Positions 1 through 8,700 of a DNA stretch of 62,573 nucleotides are shown in pieces. Positions within the stretch are counted from its first letter, which is position 1; each line of letters begins with the position of its first letter. A program made the translations under genes and the position numbers. Below the pieces are notes generated by a model that was not told the origin of the DNA, ran no database searches, and saw nothing but the letters and a program-made list of their open reading frames with translations. The DNA comes from an uncultured bacterium (lineage in GTDB: Bacteria; Nitrospirota; Thermodesulfovibrionia; Thermodesulfovibrionales; Dissulfurispiraceae), in NCBI GenBank assembly GCA_937960465.1, contig CALGPO010000063.1:1-62573 (forward strand), read 5' to 3'.

Positions 1-2
1 AG

Positions 3-155
3 GAGATATTTAAGGAAGGAATGTTGTTGAATAGAAAAGGCAGAAACGAACAGATAAAAGAGGCGGTTAACAGATATGGTTACAGCCAAAAAGAGGTTGC
101 AGATTATCTTGGCTTGTATTATACAACAATAAGCAGGATTGCAAATAATAAATAG
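3..155 (+). CDS. 3' end of a gene truncated by the window edge; C-terminal HTH typical of Y1/RAYT-like (IS200-related) transposases
   Basis: Frame 3 reads ...YGYSQKEVADYLGLYYTTISRIANNK*, followed by AAAGACCTGACCCC (163-176); only the tail is visible. Confidence 0.55.
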   Translation, partial: EIFKEGMLLNRKGRNEQIKEAVNRYGYSQKEVADYLGLYYTTISRIANNK

Positions 156-339
156 TAAAAGTAAAGACCTGACCCCATTGTTCATTGATACAGCGGTATG
201 CCCACCTAAGCACCGAGAGTGTCAGAACAGCCATAGGGGTTCTGGAAGGGTAAAAACTTGAAAAATCACCCCCTTATGCGTTAAATTATCCCGATCTTAG
301 GACAGTAACTTCAATCACTGTCCATAAGTCATTGATTAT

Positions 340-414
<75 letters not shown>

Positions 415-515
415 AAAGTTTCTTTATATTTCAAAGAGTTATCCAAATATTATGTAAAGTATTTCCGTCATCAAACTGTCATTAAGGCTTTTGTTTTTAA
501 TGGGGGTAGTTCATT

Positions 516-1316
516 ATGAGTTATCCCCTTCGGAGTTCTTTTTTTAAAAGTCCTGATAATTGTCTTCTTACAGTCAAAGTTTTTAAGAGAGATGTTCAAG
601 TTAAATTCTCTTCTTTTAATCGTTTATCTTTTATTTCTGAACCTGAGAAAGAGAAACGAAAATCAAAAAGGTCAAAAATAATCGGATTTTCAAAAAGGTC
701 TGCAAGGCGATTAAGGCATGTAGTAAGGAATTCAGAGGATACATGGAAGGCATTTATTACTTTAACTTATCCTGAAAACTTTCCTTGTGATGGTAGAAAG
801 GCAAAGGCTCATTTAAATGCTTTTCTTCAATGGTTAAGGTCTCGGAATATTAAATATGTGTGGGTCTTGGAATTTCAATTAAGAGGAGCTCCTCATTATC
901 ATATCCTCGTATCTGAGTATATTCCTAAAGCTGGATTGTCTAAAAGATGGTATAAGATTGTAGGTTCTGGAGATGAAAAACATTTAAAAGCTGGAACACA
1001 AATTCAGTCAATCAAATCAAAAAGGCATTTATATGGCTATCTTTCAAGCTATATAAATAAACTTGTTCAAAAGATATTGCCTGTGCAATTTGAAAATGTT
1101 GGGCGTTTTTGGGGTGCTTCAAGGAATCTTTTAGTTTTTGAACTCTATCAGAAATTAGGACATTATTTTAACCTTGTCAGAAATATAAAACTTCTTCGTA
1201 ATTGGTATAAAGCACATTTAAGAAAATTCAACATAAAGTGGAAATGGAAAGGACAAGGCTTTACTGCTCTTGATGGGGTTAGCTTTATCAATCAGCTATT
1301 AACCTATAGGTGTTAA
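516..1316 (+). CDS. rep: HUH rolling-circle replication initiator (Rep)
   Basis: Motif I FITLTY, motif II PHYHILV preceded by WVLEFQ.RGA, motif III YLSSYINK, and GRFWG.SR. Confidence 0.88.
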   Translation: MSYPLRSSFFKSPDNCLLTVKVFKRDVQVKFSSFNRLSFISEPEKEKRKSKRSKIIGFSKRSARRLRHVVRNSEDTWKAFITLTYPENFPCDGRKAKAHLNAFLQWLRSRNIKYVWVLEFQLRGAPHYHILVSEYIPKAGLSKRWYKIVGSGDEKHLKAGTQIQSIKSKRHLYGYLSSYINKLVQKILPVQFENVGRFWGASRNLLVFELYQKLGHYFNLVRNIKLLRNWYKAHLRKFNIKWKWKGQGFTALDGVSFINQLLTYRC

Positions 1317-1519
1317 TGGAGGTGATAACAATGACAATAAGACAGGAGCGGTATTTGTGGTCAAGGATTAAAGATTATGAAACACGCATTAAAAGACTGG
1401 AAAAGTTTGTTGAGTTGCTGGCAGGACAGGATGGAGCTACGGCTTTAGCCAGCGACCAGACTGGACTGGCAGATACTGACCTGCCCACCATTAGTGGGAA
1501 TCAATGCGAGTCTCTGTAG
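1310..1519 (+). CDS. Small hypothetical coiled-coil protein (likely start at an internal ATG after GGAGGTG)
   Basis: Overlaps the rep stop; heptad-like IKDYETRIKRLEKFV; the 3' end runs into the hairpin region. Confidence 0.5.
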   Translation: MLMEVITMTIRQERYLWSRIKDYETRIKRLEKFVELLAGQDGATALASDQTGLADTDLPTISGNQCESL

Positions 1520-1658
1520 CATGTCACCCGTAGGGGCGTAACGCAGTGAAGCAGGGAGCGGAGCGACCTTGACATGCTACAGAACGAGCATATAATCCAT
1601 CGGTGGTGGGTAGGTCAGTCATATTACAGGATAGTCAAGTGAGCGCAGACTGTCCTGT
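1475..1658. other. Nested hairpins, probable single-strand origin of the element
   Basis: Inverted repeats 1475-1490/1604-1619 (15/16), 1513-1526/1570-1583 (14/14) and 1626-1636/1648-1658. Confidence 0.6.
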
Positions 1659-1733
1659 GGGCTTGTCATATATGCCATATCTCAATAAATATAAGTGTAT
1701 TTTTGTATATGTATATCTGTATATCTGCATATC

Positions 1734-1762
1734 TTGACATAAGTATAATTTTTATGTAAAAT
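1734..1762 (+). promoter_or_regulatory. sigma70 promoter for the RHH-DUF2726-orf-int operon, with upstream TGYATATC repeats (candidate RHH operator)
   Basis: TTGACA-17 bp-TAAAAT; tandem tgtatatg/tgtatatc/tgcatatc at about 1704-1733. Confidence 0.7.
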
Positions 1763-1797
1763 TTGGATTATGGAAAATGAAAACTATGAGGTGAGAA

Positions 1798-2097
1798 ATG
1801 AAAAAAAGACTTGCAATAACTATTGATGAAGATGTTTTAAGTGAGCTTGAACAGTTACCGAGAAAGGTATCTATTTCTGAAGTTATAACATGGGTTGTTA
1901 AGGCTGCTTTGCAGGATATAAAAGCAGGGCGTGAATTATCTGCAAAGGAGTTGCAGGAGTGGATGGATAGCACGCCTGAAGGCAGAGATTTTAGAAAACG
2001 GTTACAGGAACATTGGGGTGCTACTATTGAGAAAATTGATAATACTGTTGAGAAGGCTAAAAGAATTGTAAAACCAAAAAAGAAAAGAGGAGGTTGA
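1798..2097 (+). CDS. Ribbon-helix-helix (CopG-like) regulator
   Basis: N-terminal KKRLAITIDEDVLSELEQL...VSISEVI fits an RHH fold; GAGGTG RBS. Confidence 0.7.
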   Translation: MKKRLAITIDEDVLSELEQLPRKVSISEVITWVVKAALQDIKAGRELSAKELQEWMDSTPEGRDFRKRLQEHWGATIEKIDNTVEKAKRIVKPKKKRGG

Positions 2098-2576
2098 TTA
2101 TGAGTATTTTAATTTTATTTGTAATTGTCGCATTTGTGGTTATTATCATATTAAAACGATATAAATCTTCTGATGTTTCATTTCCATATGCAAAGAATAG
2201 TTATCTTTTAAGCAAGGCTGAGAAATCTTTTTATCATGTATTACAGAACTGTTTAAATGATAGCTATGTTGTTTTTCCAAAGGTTCGTCTTGGAGATATC
2301 TTCCATGTTACTCATAAAGAAAAGCGTAAATTTTATATGTATAAAATTCTTCCAAAGCATGTAGATTTTTTAATCTGTGATAGCAAAAACTTTACTCCTT
2401 TAGCTGCATTAGAATTAGATGATTCAAGTCATTTGGGCAAAGAGAAAGATGATAATTTTAAGAATAATGTTTTTCTGTCAGCAGGACTTCCTTTATATCG
2501 CATTAAAGCAAGTTACAATTACAATCCTGCTCAAATTAAAGAGACATTAAAATCAACTTTGAATAACTTAATATGA
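2094..2576 (+). CDS. Membrane-anchored DUF2726 (PD-(D/E)xK-like) protein
   Basis: N-terminal TM; LSKAEKSFY, VFPKVRLGD, KHVDFLICD, ELDDSSH motifs. Confidence 0.8.
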   Translation: MIMSILILFVIVAFVVIIILKRYKSSDVSFPYAKNSYLLSKAEKSFYHVLQNCLNDSYVVFPKVRLGDIFHVTHKEKRKFYMYKILPKHVDFLICDSKNFTPLAALELDDSSHLGKEKDDNFKNNVFLSAGLPLYRIKASYNYNPAQIKETLKSTLNNLI

Positions 2577-2902
2577 CAATGGAAAAAAGATTAGCAGATA
2601 TTTTTTTCAAGAGAGCAAAAATTAAAAACTATGGCAAGGGGACTATTGTTTGCAATTCATGGGAAGAATTTGACGAGGCTATTAAAGATATAAATTGCGG
2701 TCTTGTATCTCCTGGTGGTACTGGTTTGCCTCGTTCTTATCTTCAAGAACTTGAAAAACAAGGTTTGATAAGGGTTCTCAGGGTAATTGTTGATAGTGAA
2801 GAACGGCCCCCAGTAATGTTAGGATTTTTGTATTCACTAAAAGATGAATATGTTTATATTCCTGTAGATGATATAGAGAAAGTGAAGCAGAGATTATCAT
2901 GA
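2573..2902 (+). CDS. Hypothetical protein
   Basis: 109-aa ORF overlapping both neighbours by 4 bp. Confidence 0.6.
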   Translation: MTMEKRLADIFFKRAKIKNYGKGTIVCNSWEEFDEAIKDINCGLVSPGGTGLPRSYLQELEKQGLIRVLRVIVDSEERPPVMLGFLYSLKDEYVYIPVDDIEKVKQRLS

Positions 2903-4134
2903 GTAAAGGATATGGCGTCATAAGAATTCCTAACAATCAGAGTTGTCCTAATTGCAACGGGGCTTTTAAACGAGTCATATTAAAAAGCGCCTCCAATATA
3001 GCTTATAGATGTCCTAAATGTTTAACTGTTCCATGCAGGTATTATCTTGATATACATCACAAAGGAGAGAGAGTTCGTATTTTTAGCGATGGACAAGGCA
3101 AGCCTTTAGATACATTTCAGCGAGCTGTTGACCTTTTAAGTCATATCCGTTACGAGATTGAGAACCATATATTTGATTCTTCAAAGTATAAAAAATCTGA
3201 ACAAAAGGAGTTTTATTGCTCTATTAAACTTGATGAATATTTAGAATACAAGATTAATTCTCTTGCCCCGAGTTATCAGGCAGATTTTAAAAGATATATT
3301 AGGATTGCTAAAGAGTTCTTTAATACAAAGGATGTAAGAGAGATGAGGAAAGTTGATATTATTAATTATCAAAGATACTTACAGCAGAATTTCAGTCTGA
3401 GCAATAAATCAATAAAGAATATTATGGATGTTTTTAAATCTTTCCTGAACTATCTTAAAAACGATTTAGAAATAATATCCGTTGTGCCTAAATTTCCAGA
3501 TATTGACATAGAGATAAAGCCTTTTAAATGGCTTTCTCAGGAAGACCAGATTAAATTATTTGAGTTAGTCCCTGATAAGCATAAACCTATTTTTGCATTT
3601 TTAATGTTACATGGCTGTCGTCCATCAGAAGCACGGGCATTAAAATGTAAAAATGTTGACTTACAAAATCATACTATCACAATATCTGCAACTTTTTCAG
3701 GAAGTATTTACAGAGAAAAGAGGAAAGGCAAAAAATCAAGGTTTATAACTATTCCTATACATTCCGAGTTATACGGTTATATTGCAGACAGGGTTGAAAA
3801 CAATCTGCCCGAAGCCTTTATTTTTGTAAATCCTAATACAGGCAAGTTTTACTGTGAAAATAGTTTGCGTATTATATGGAATATGATCAGAAAAGAAGCT
3901 GGAATTGATAATAGTCTGCGTCTCTACGATGCTACAAGACATTCATTTGCAAGCAATCTTGTTAATAGTGGTTCAACTATATATAAAGTTTCAAAGCTGC
4001 TTGGACATAGTTCTGTAAAAATGACAGAAAAATATGCTCACTCAAACATAGAAAGTTTAAGAATTGATATTCAGAAACTTTCTTTAAATCGTCAGCAGAC
4101 CGTCGTTAGAGGTGTTGTAGGTGAAAAAAAATAA
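2899..4134 (+). CDS. int: Tyrosine recombinase/integrase with N-terminal CxxC..CxxC zinc ribbon
   Basis: HGCRPSEARAL, LYDATRHSFAS, LLGHSS and MTEKY catalytic motifs; adjacent to attR. Confidence 0.93.
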   Translation: MSKGYGVIRIPNNQSCPNCNGAFKRVILKSASNIAYRCPKCLTVPCRYYLDIHHKGERVRIFSDGQGKPLDTFQRAVDLLSHIRYEIENHIFDSSKYKKSEQKEFYCSIKLDEYLEYKINSLAPSYQADFKRYIRIAKEFFNTKDVREMRKVDIINYQRYLQQNFSLSNKSIKNIMDVFKSFLNYLKNDLEIISVVPKFPDIDIEIKPFKWLSQEDQIKLFELVPDKHKPIFAFLMLHGCRPSEARALKCKNVDLQNHTITISATFSGSIYREKRKGKKSRFITIPIHSELYGYIADRVENNLPEAFIFVNPNTGKFYCENSLRIIWNMIRKEAGIDNSLRLYDATRHSFASNLVNSGSTIYKVSKLLGHSSVKMTEKYAHSNIESLRIDIQKLSLNRQQTVVRGVVGEKK

Positions 4135-4163
4135 CATAAATTCAATAAATTATGATTACTTTT

Positions 4164-4192
4164 CGCGGGTTCGAATCCCGTCGCCCGCTCCA
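4164..4192 (+). repeat. attR core
   Basis: Exact copy of 386-414. Confidence 0.93.
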
Positions 4193-4196
4193 TTCA

Positions 4197-4367
4197 TTAC
4201 TCCAGTTCTAATAGCACATCTTTGATGGTATCCATATTCACCACGATATTGTATCGCTCTCTGAGTTCACGAGTTATATCCTCTTCGCCATGTATGCCCA
4301 TATCCTTTATCCTTTTGATAAAGCCTGTCAGATCCTCATAGATGTGCCATGGAAAAATAATCCACCG
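4197..4367 (-). pseudogene. C-terminal remnant of a probable phosphoribosyltransferase
   Basis: Reads RWIIFPWHIYEDLTGFIKRIK...VLLELE* with an in-frame stop upstream and no start; next to a MITE. Confidence 0.5.
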
Positions 4368-4386
4368 CTATATTGGATACTTATTG

Positions 4387-4468
4387 CCTAAATTGAGCGA
4401 TTCTATATTCAGACCTGTCTGCGTGCAACGCACAGGCAGGCCTGTCTTACAAGATCGCTCAACTTAGA
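4387..4468. mobile_element. Family B palindromic MITE-like element carrying the 27-bp palindrome (4414-4440)
   Basis: Ends CCTAAATTGAGCGATT...ATCGCTCAACTTAGA; near-identical to 31773-31854. Confidence 0.8.
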
Positions 4469-4476
4469 TTATATAA

Positions 4477-4693
4477 ACCTTAATATTGCATAGACAGCAA
4501 GGACTAACATGCTTCAAAGCCTTTACAAGCGACAGGAAATCGTATTCATGCAGAGTATAAATGTTTTAACAGAGACTTGAATCCAATGCTGAATACGATA
4601 TGGTGGTATGAAAATCTTATAAGGTGTCGCAGGCAAAGTCTTTTACGCATGTTAGTCCTTGCTGTAACCTGTGATTTTATGCAATTGTAAGGT
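4477..4693 (+). mobile_element. Family A 217-bp MITE-like element, copy 1
   Basis: TIR ACCTTA..TGCATA; inner IR ACAGCAAGGACTAACATGC; 5 near-identical copies in the window. Confidence 0.88.
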
Positions 4694-4705
4694 AAAATTT
4701 GACTT

Positions 4706-5737
4706 ATGAGACGAATCCTGCACATAGACATGGATGCATTCTTTGCCGCTGTCGAGCAGAAGCGTCATCCCGAATTAATCGGAAAGCCTGTTGTGATTGG
4801 AGGTGACGGCGATCCAACCAAGAGGGGTGTGGTGTCAACTGCATCCTATGAGGCACGGAAGGTCGGAATACACTCTGCAATGCCCTTAAGGACTGCCTAT
4901 AAACTCTGTCCCGATGCTGTTTTTCTGCCCGTGGATTACAAGGAGTACTCGAGGGTTTCCAAAATAGTTAAAAATATCCTCAAGGAAATATCTCCAACAA
5001 TGGAAGATGTCGGGATTGATGAGGCATTCCTTGATATATCCCAAATAGAAAAGTCATCGGAGGATATTGCAAATGAAATTAAAAAGAGAATAAAGGATGA
5101 GACAGGGCTTACCTGCTCTATAGGTATTGCACCCAATAAGCTCCTTGCAAAAATAGCATCTGACATGCAAAAACCCGACGGCCTGACAATCCTCACGGAA
5201 AAAGACATAGCAAGTCTTATATGGCCGATGCCTGTAAGAAAGCTGCAGGGTGTAGGACCCAAGACAGAAGCGCATCTTAAAGGCATGGGCATCGAAACCA
5301 TAGGAGAACTTGCATCAATGCCTGTTGATAAACTCATCGAACATTTTGGCAAATCATTTGGACATTATCTTTATGAGGCTTCAAGAGGCATAGATGAAAG
5401 TCCTCTCATTACTCACTGGGAACCAAAATCCACAAGCAGGGAAGTAACATTCCAGAAGGATACGGACAACTGGCAGTTCATGGCAAAGACCCTTGCAGGG
5501 CTTTCAAAAGAGATTGTCGATGACATGCGGCAAACAGGCTTTATAGGCAAAACAGTAACGGTTAAGGTAAAGTTTCACGACTTTAAAGTAGTCACAAGGG
5601 CAAAGACACTTGATAATTACACAGTTTCCCTCGAAGAGATAAGAAGGGCAGCCTTTGAGTGCTTCGGCAGGATAGAACTCAAGAAAAAAGTGAGGCTTAT
5701 AGGGATAAGAATCGGAAAATTAGAAAAGATGGTGTGA
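4706..5737 (+). CDS. dinB: DNA polymerase IV
   Basis: HIDMDAFFAAVEQ, SYEAR, GIDEAFLD, NKLLAKIASD motifs. Confidence 0.96.
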   Translation: MRRILHIDMDAFFAAVEQKRHPELIGKPVVIGGDGDPTKRGVVSTASYEARKVGIHSAMPLRTAYKLCPDAVFLPVDYKEYSRVSKIVKNILKEISPTMEDVGIDEAFLDISQIEKSSEDIANEIKKRIKDETGLTCSIGIAPNKLLAKIASDMQKPDGLTILTEKDIASLIWPMPVRKLQGVGPKTEAHLKGMGIETIGELASMPVDKLIEHFGKSFGHYLYEASRGIDESPLITHWEPKSTSREVTFQKDTDNWQFMAKTLAGLSKEIVDDMRQTGFIGKTVTVKVKFHDFKVVTRAKTLDNYTVSLEEIRRAAFECFGRIELKKKVRLIGIRIGKLEKMV

Positions 5738-5799
5738 TAATGGATGTAGACATCTATTTTAGAAATGTTTAGCTACGGATTATGCTCCAATTTTTTATA

Positions 5800-5834
5800 T
5801 TGACTTTTAATAGCTCGTATGTCATATTTATGAC
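5800..5834 (+). promoter_or_regulatory. sigma70 promoter overlapped by a GTCA-N6-TGAC palindrome (FleQ-type box)
   Basis: TTGACT-17 bp-CATATT with TGn; GTCATATTTATGAC at 5821-5834 abuts the ATG. Confidence 0.6.
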
Positions 5835-6821
5835 ATGGGTACTGATAATAATAATTTCCTTCAAATTATTGGCACTTCCAGGGCTATCAAACGTATTTAT
5901 GAACTTATTGAAAAGGTTTCAAATTCTGACAGTACTGTCCTGATATTGGGTGAAAGCGGGACAGGTAAAGAGCTTGTTGCCAAAAACATTCATTTCAAAA
6001 GTGCAAGGGCAGAGAAGCCATTTATTCCGGTAAACTGCGGCGCTATACCTACAGAACTTCTCGAGTCAGAACTCTTCGGTCATGAAAAAGGAGCATTTAC
6101 CGGAGCCGTAACGTCGAGGATCGGGAGATTCGAGTTGGCTGACGGCGGGACAATATTCCTCGACGAAATAGGTGAAATGCAGCCTATACTCCAGGTGAAA
6201 CTCCTGAGGGTGCTTCAGGAAAGGTCATTTGAAAGGATCGGTGGAATCAAGACTGTGAACGTGGATGTAAGGATAGTAGCAGCTACAAATCAAAACCTCG
6301 AAGAGGCTGTGGCTGCAGGCAGGTTCAGGGAAGACCTCTTTTACAGGCTTAACGTAATTCCTTTACATATTCCGCCCTTGAGGGAGAGGACAGAAGACAT
6401 ACCCCCTTTGTGCGATTATTTTATAGAAAAGCATTCGAGGAGATTTGGAAGAAATCCCATAAGGCTGACTGATGATGCCATGAAGATATTTATAGGTTAT
6501 CATTGGCCTGGCAATGTCAGGGAACTGGAGAATACAGTGGAGAGACTCCTTGTTCTTAAGGATGATGATGTTGTAACGCCATATGACCTGCCAGAAAAGA
6601 TGACAGGGAGAAATATCCCAAATCTGCCTGATATTGAAGACGATGATATAAATCCATTTGTTGGTGGCATAGACCTTAATGCTGCCCTTGAGGAGTATGA
6701 GAAGAGGCTTATACTACACGCTATTGAGCTTCAGAATGGGGTTAAAAGTCAGGCTGCGAAGTATCTCAATATCAACCGTACTACTCTTATCGAAAAGATG
6801 AAGAGATTGGGGTTGTCATAA
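5835..6821 (+). CDS. sigma54 enhancer-binding protein without a receiver domain; FleQ/FlrA-like flagellar master regulator
   Basis: [15 protein letters not shown]-terminal Fis HTH; heads the flagellar cluster. Confidence 0.88.
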   Translation: MGTDNNNFLQIIGTSRAIKRIYELIEKVSNSDSTVLILGESGTGKELVAKNIHFKSARAEKPFIPVNCGAIPTELLESELFGHEKGAFTGAVTSRIGRFELADGGTIFLDEIGEMQPILQVKLLRVLQERSFERIGGIKTVNVDVRIVAATNQNLEEAVAAGRFREDLFYRLNVIPLHIPPLRERTEDIPPLCDYFIEKHSRRFGRNPIRLTDDAMKIFIGYHWPGNVRELENTVERLLVLKDDDVVTPYDLPEKMTGRNIPNLPDIEDDDINPFVGGIDLNAALEEYEKRLILHAIELQNGVKSQAAKYLNINRTTLIEKMKRLGLS

Positions 6822-6855
6822 AATCAACGCTCTTGTTGGAATTATGGATTATTTA

Positions 6856-6869
6856 GTCAGATAATTGAC
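6856..6869. promoter_or_regulatory. GTCA-N6-TGAC activator box
   Basis: GTCAGATAATTGAC, about 85 bp upstream of a sigma54-like promoter. Confidence 0.6.
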
Positions 6870-6951
6870 CATGATTAGCTTATGGCTCGTAGCTTTATGG
6901 ATGCCAATTTTTAGCTGTTAGCTATTAGCTGTCAGCTATGAACTAATCGGT

Positions 6952-6967
6952 TGGCACATTTTTTTCA
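6952..6967 (+). promoter_or_regulatory. sigma54-like promoter (variant -12)
   Basis: TGGCAC-ATTTT-TTTCA, one mismatch to TGGCAC-N5-TTGCW. Confidence 0.5.
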
Positions 6968-6986
6968 TTATAAAAAACGGATATTT

Positions 6987-8696
6987 ATGCAAAAAATGCA
7001 AAGAGTAGAAGATCGGAAGTGCGGAAGTGCAGAAGTTCAGAAGGTGAATTATGTAATAAATCATTCCTTAAAAAGACCTCTGCTCTACTGCTCTTCTGCT
7101 CTTCTGTTCTTCTGTCTCCTGTCTTTTGTTTTTGCCTCTGAAGACAGGCTTAAGATAGCGGACGAGTATCTCAGAACAAAGAATTATGTCAAGGCAAAGG
7201 AAGTTTACAGGGATATCTTTCTTGCTACACACAAAGAGGTAGCAGGACAAAAGGCATTGTTCGGAATGGGCAAGGCAGACTACTATTTAAAAAACTATTA
7301 TGAGGCAAGGCAGAACATTAAGCGTTTCATATCAGTATCCCAAATCCCCGAATATCGTGATGAGGCTTATCTTATGCTCGGCTATATTTCACTTCATTTT
7401 CAGAAATTCAAAGAAGCAGAGCAGTATTTTGAAGCAGTTGGAGAGTCTTTGAGGGAAAAGGCAAGCATAGGGAAGGCAGAAATAGCCTTAAAGACTGGCA
7501 ATATAGCGAGGGCTGAATATCTCCTTGCAACATTAAGTAAAAGGACCATGGAAACAGACCCCCGTGCTCTCTATACACGTTCAATGGTTTACAGCAGTAA
7601 AGGTATGCACAGAGAGGCTGTTAATACGATTAGCAGAATCCTCGATTCTGCCCTCAAGGAACAGGATATAAGAGTAGAAAAAGCCCGTATTTTTTTTAAT
7701 GCAAGAAAGTTGAAAGAGGCTGAGAGGTTCTGCAGGTCTATCATAGATAACCCCTATTGGAATATTGAAAAAATCAAAGCAAAAAAGCTTATGCTGCAGA
7801 TTTATGAAGTAGATGGAAATGTGGATGAAGCCTTGAAATTAGCCATTGAAATATCGCCTTATGAGCCAGGTGATAATTTTAAACTGAAAATCGTCTCGTT
7901 ATACGACAAAAAGGGTGATTTAAATAATACTATGAAATACCTCTCTTATTTAAGTAACAAGAAATTAAGGTCAGCAGAGATAGAAAAAAGGCTTAAGACC
8001 ATGATTGCCTCCAAAGATCCAGAGGCTGTGGAGTACATACAAAAATTCTCCTCCTCCCTTGATGCAGATGCCCCTTTTATTGTTGATGCCTCACGGTATC
8101 TGATAGCAAACGGCAAGAAAATCGAGGGAAAACAGCTTCTCACAAAGGCTTTAAATGGTGCTGCAAGAGGAGAGGCGTCTCTATACATGGCGGAGTTATT
8201 GATTCAAGAGGGCAAATACGTTGAGGCTGAAAAAGTACTCAAGCCTCTTACCCTCGATACCCGTTACCTATATAAGGCATCCTATATGATTGCAGACATA
8301 ATGGAAAGGCAGGGCAAATATGCTGCAGCCATTGAATATCTTTTGCGAATAGTCAAGATTGTTACTGATTACAGGATAGCTGCAAAACTGGGCGATCTGT
8401 ATTACAAAACAGGGGACAGGCAAAATGCAGTGAAATATTATATTATTGCCTCCAACAAAGGTGACGGACTGTCTTCGGTGAAGGCCGCAGATTGTCTGTA
8501 TATTTCAGGCGATTATACAAAAGCAAAGACTTATTATAAAAGGGCATTAGACTTTAATATAAAAGACCCTAAAAGCCTCCAGTGGGTCCAATACCAATAT
8601 GGCAAACTGACTAAAAGCAATGATTACCTGAAAAAGGCAGTCGCCGGAGGCGGAGAGATTGCAGAGGCAGCAGCTATGATTTTAGGAGATAAATAA
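6987..8696 (+). CDS. Exported tetratricopeptide-repeat protein
   Basis: Hydrophobic signal ending VFA, many TPR-like helices; ATG 6987 preferred over TTG 6951. Confidence 0.8.
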   Translation: MQKMQRVEDRKCGSAEVQKVNYVINHSLKRPLLYCSSALLFFCLLSFVFASEDRLKIADEYLRTKNYVKAKEVYRDIFLATHKEVAGQKALFGMGKADYYLKNYYEARQNIKRFISVSQIPEYRDEAYLMLGYISLHFQKFKEAEQYFEAVGESLREKASIGKAEIALKTGNIARAEYLLATLSKRTMETDPRALYTRSMVYSSKGMHREAVNTISRILDSALKEQDIRVEKARIFFNARKLKEAERFCRSIIDNPYWNIEKIKAKKLMLQIYEVDGNVDEALKLAIEISPYEPGDNFKLKIVSLYDKKGDLNNTMKYLSYLSNKKLRSAEIEKRLKTMIASKDPEAVEYIQKFSSSLDADAPFIVDASRYLIANGKKIEGKQLLTKALNGAARGEASLYMAELLIQEGKYVEAEKVLKPLTLDTRYLYKASYMIADIMERQGKYAAAIEYLLRIVKIVTDYRIAAKLGDLYYKTGDRQNAVKYYIIASNKGDGLSSVKAADCLYISGDYTKAKTYYKRALDFNIKDPKSLQWVQYQYGKLTKSNDYLKKAVAGGGEIAEAAAMILGDK

Positions 8697-8700
8697 ATTT

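Noticed and set aside
324-339. ATAAGTCATTGATTAT just before the tRNA as the end of another island
   Set aside because: Single occurrence; no matching att or integrase visible on that side
4164-4192. Second tRNA gene
   Set aside because: Only the 3' 29 nt are present; this is attR
4546-4731. 61-aa minus-strand ORF
   Set aside because: Lies mostly within a family A element and overlaps the dinB start antisense
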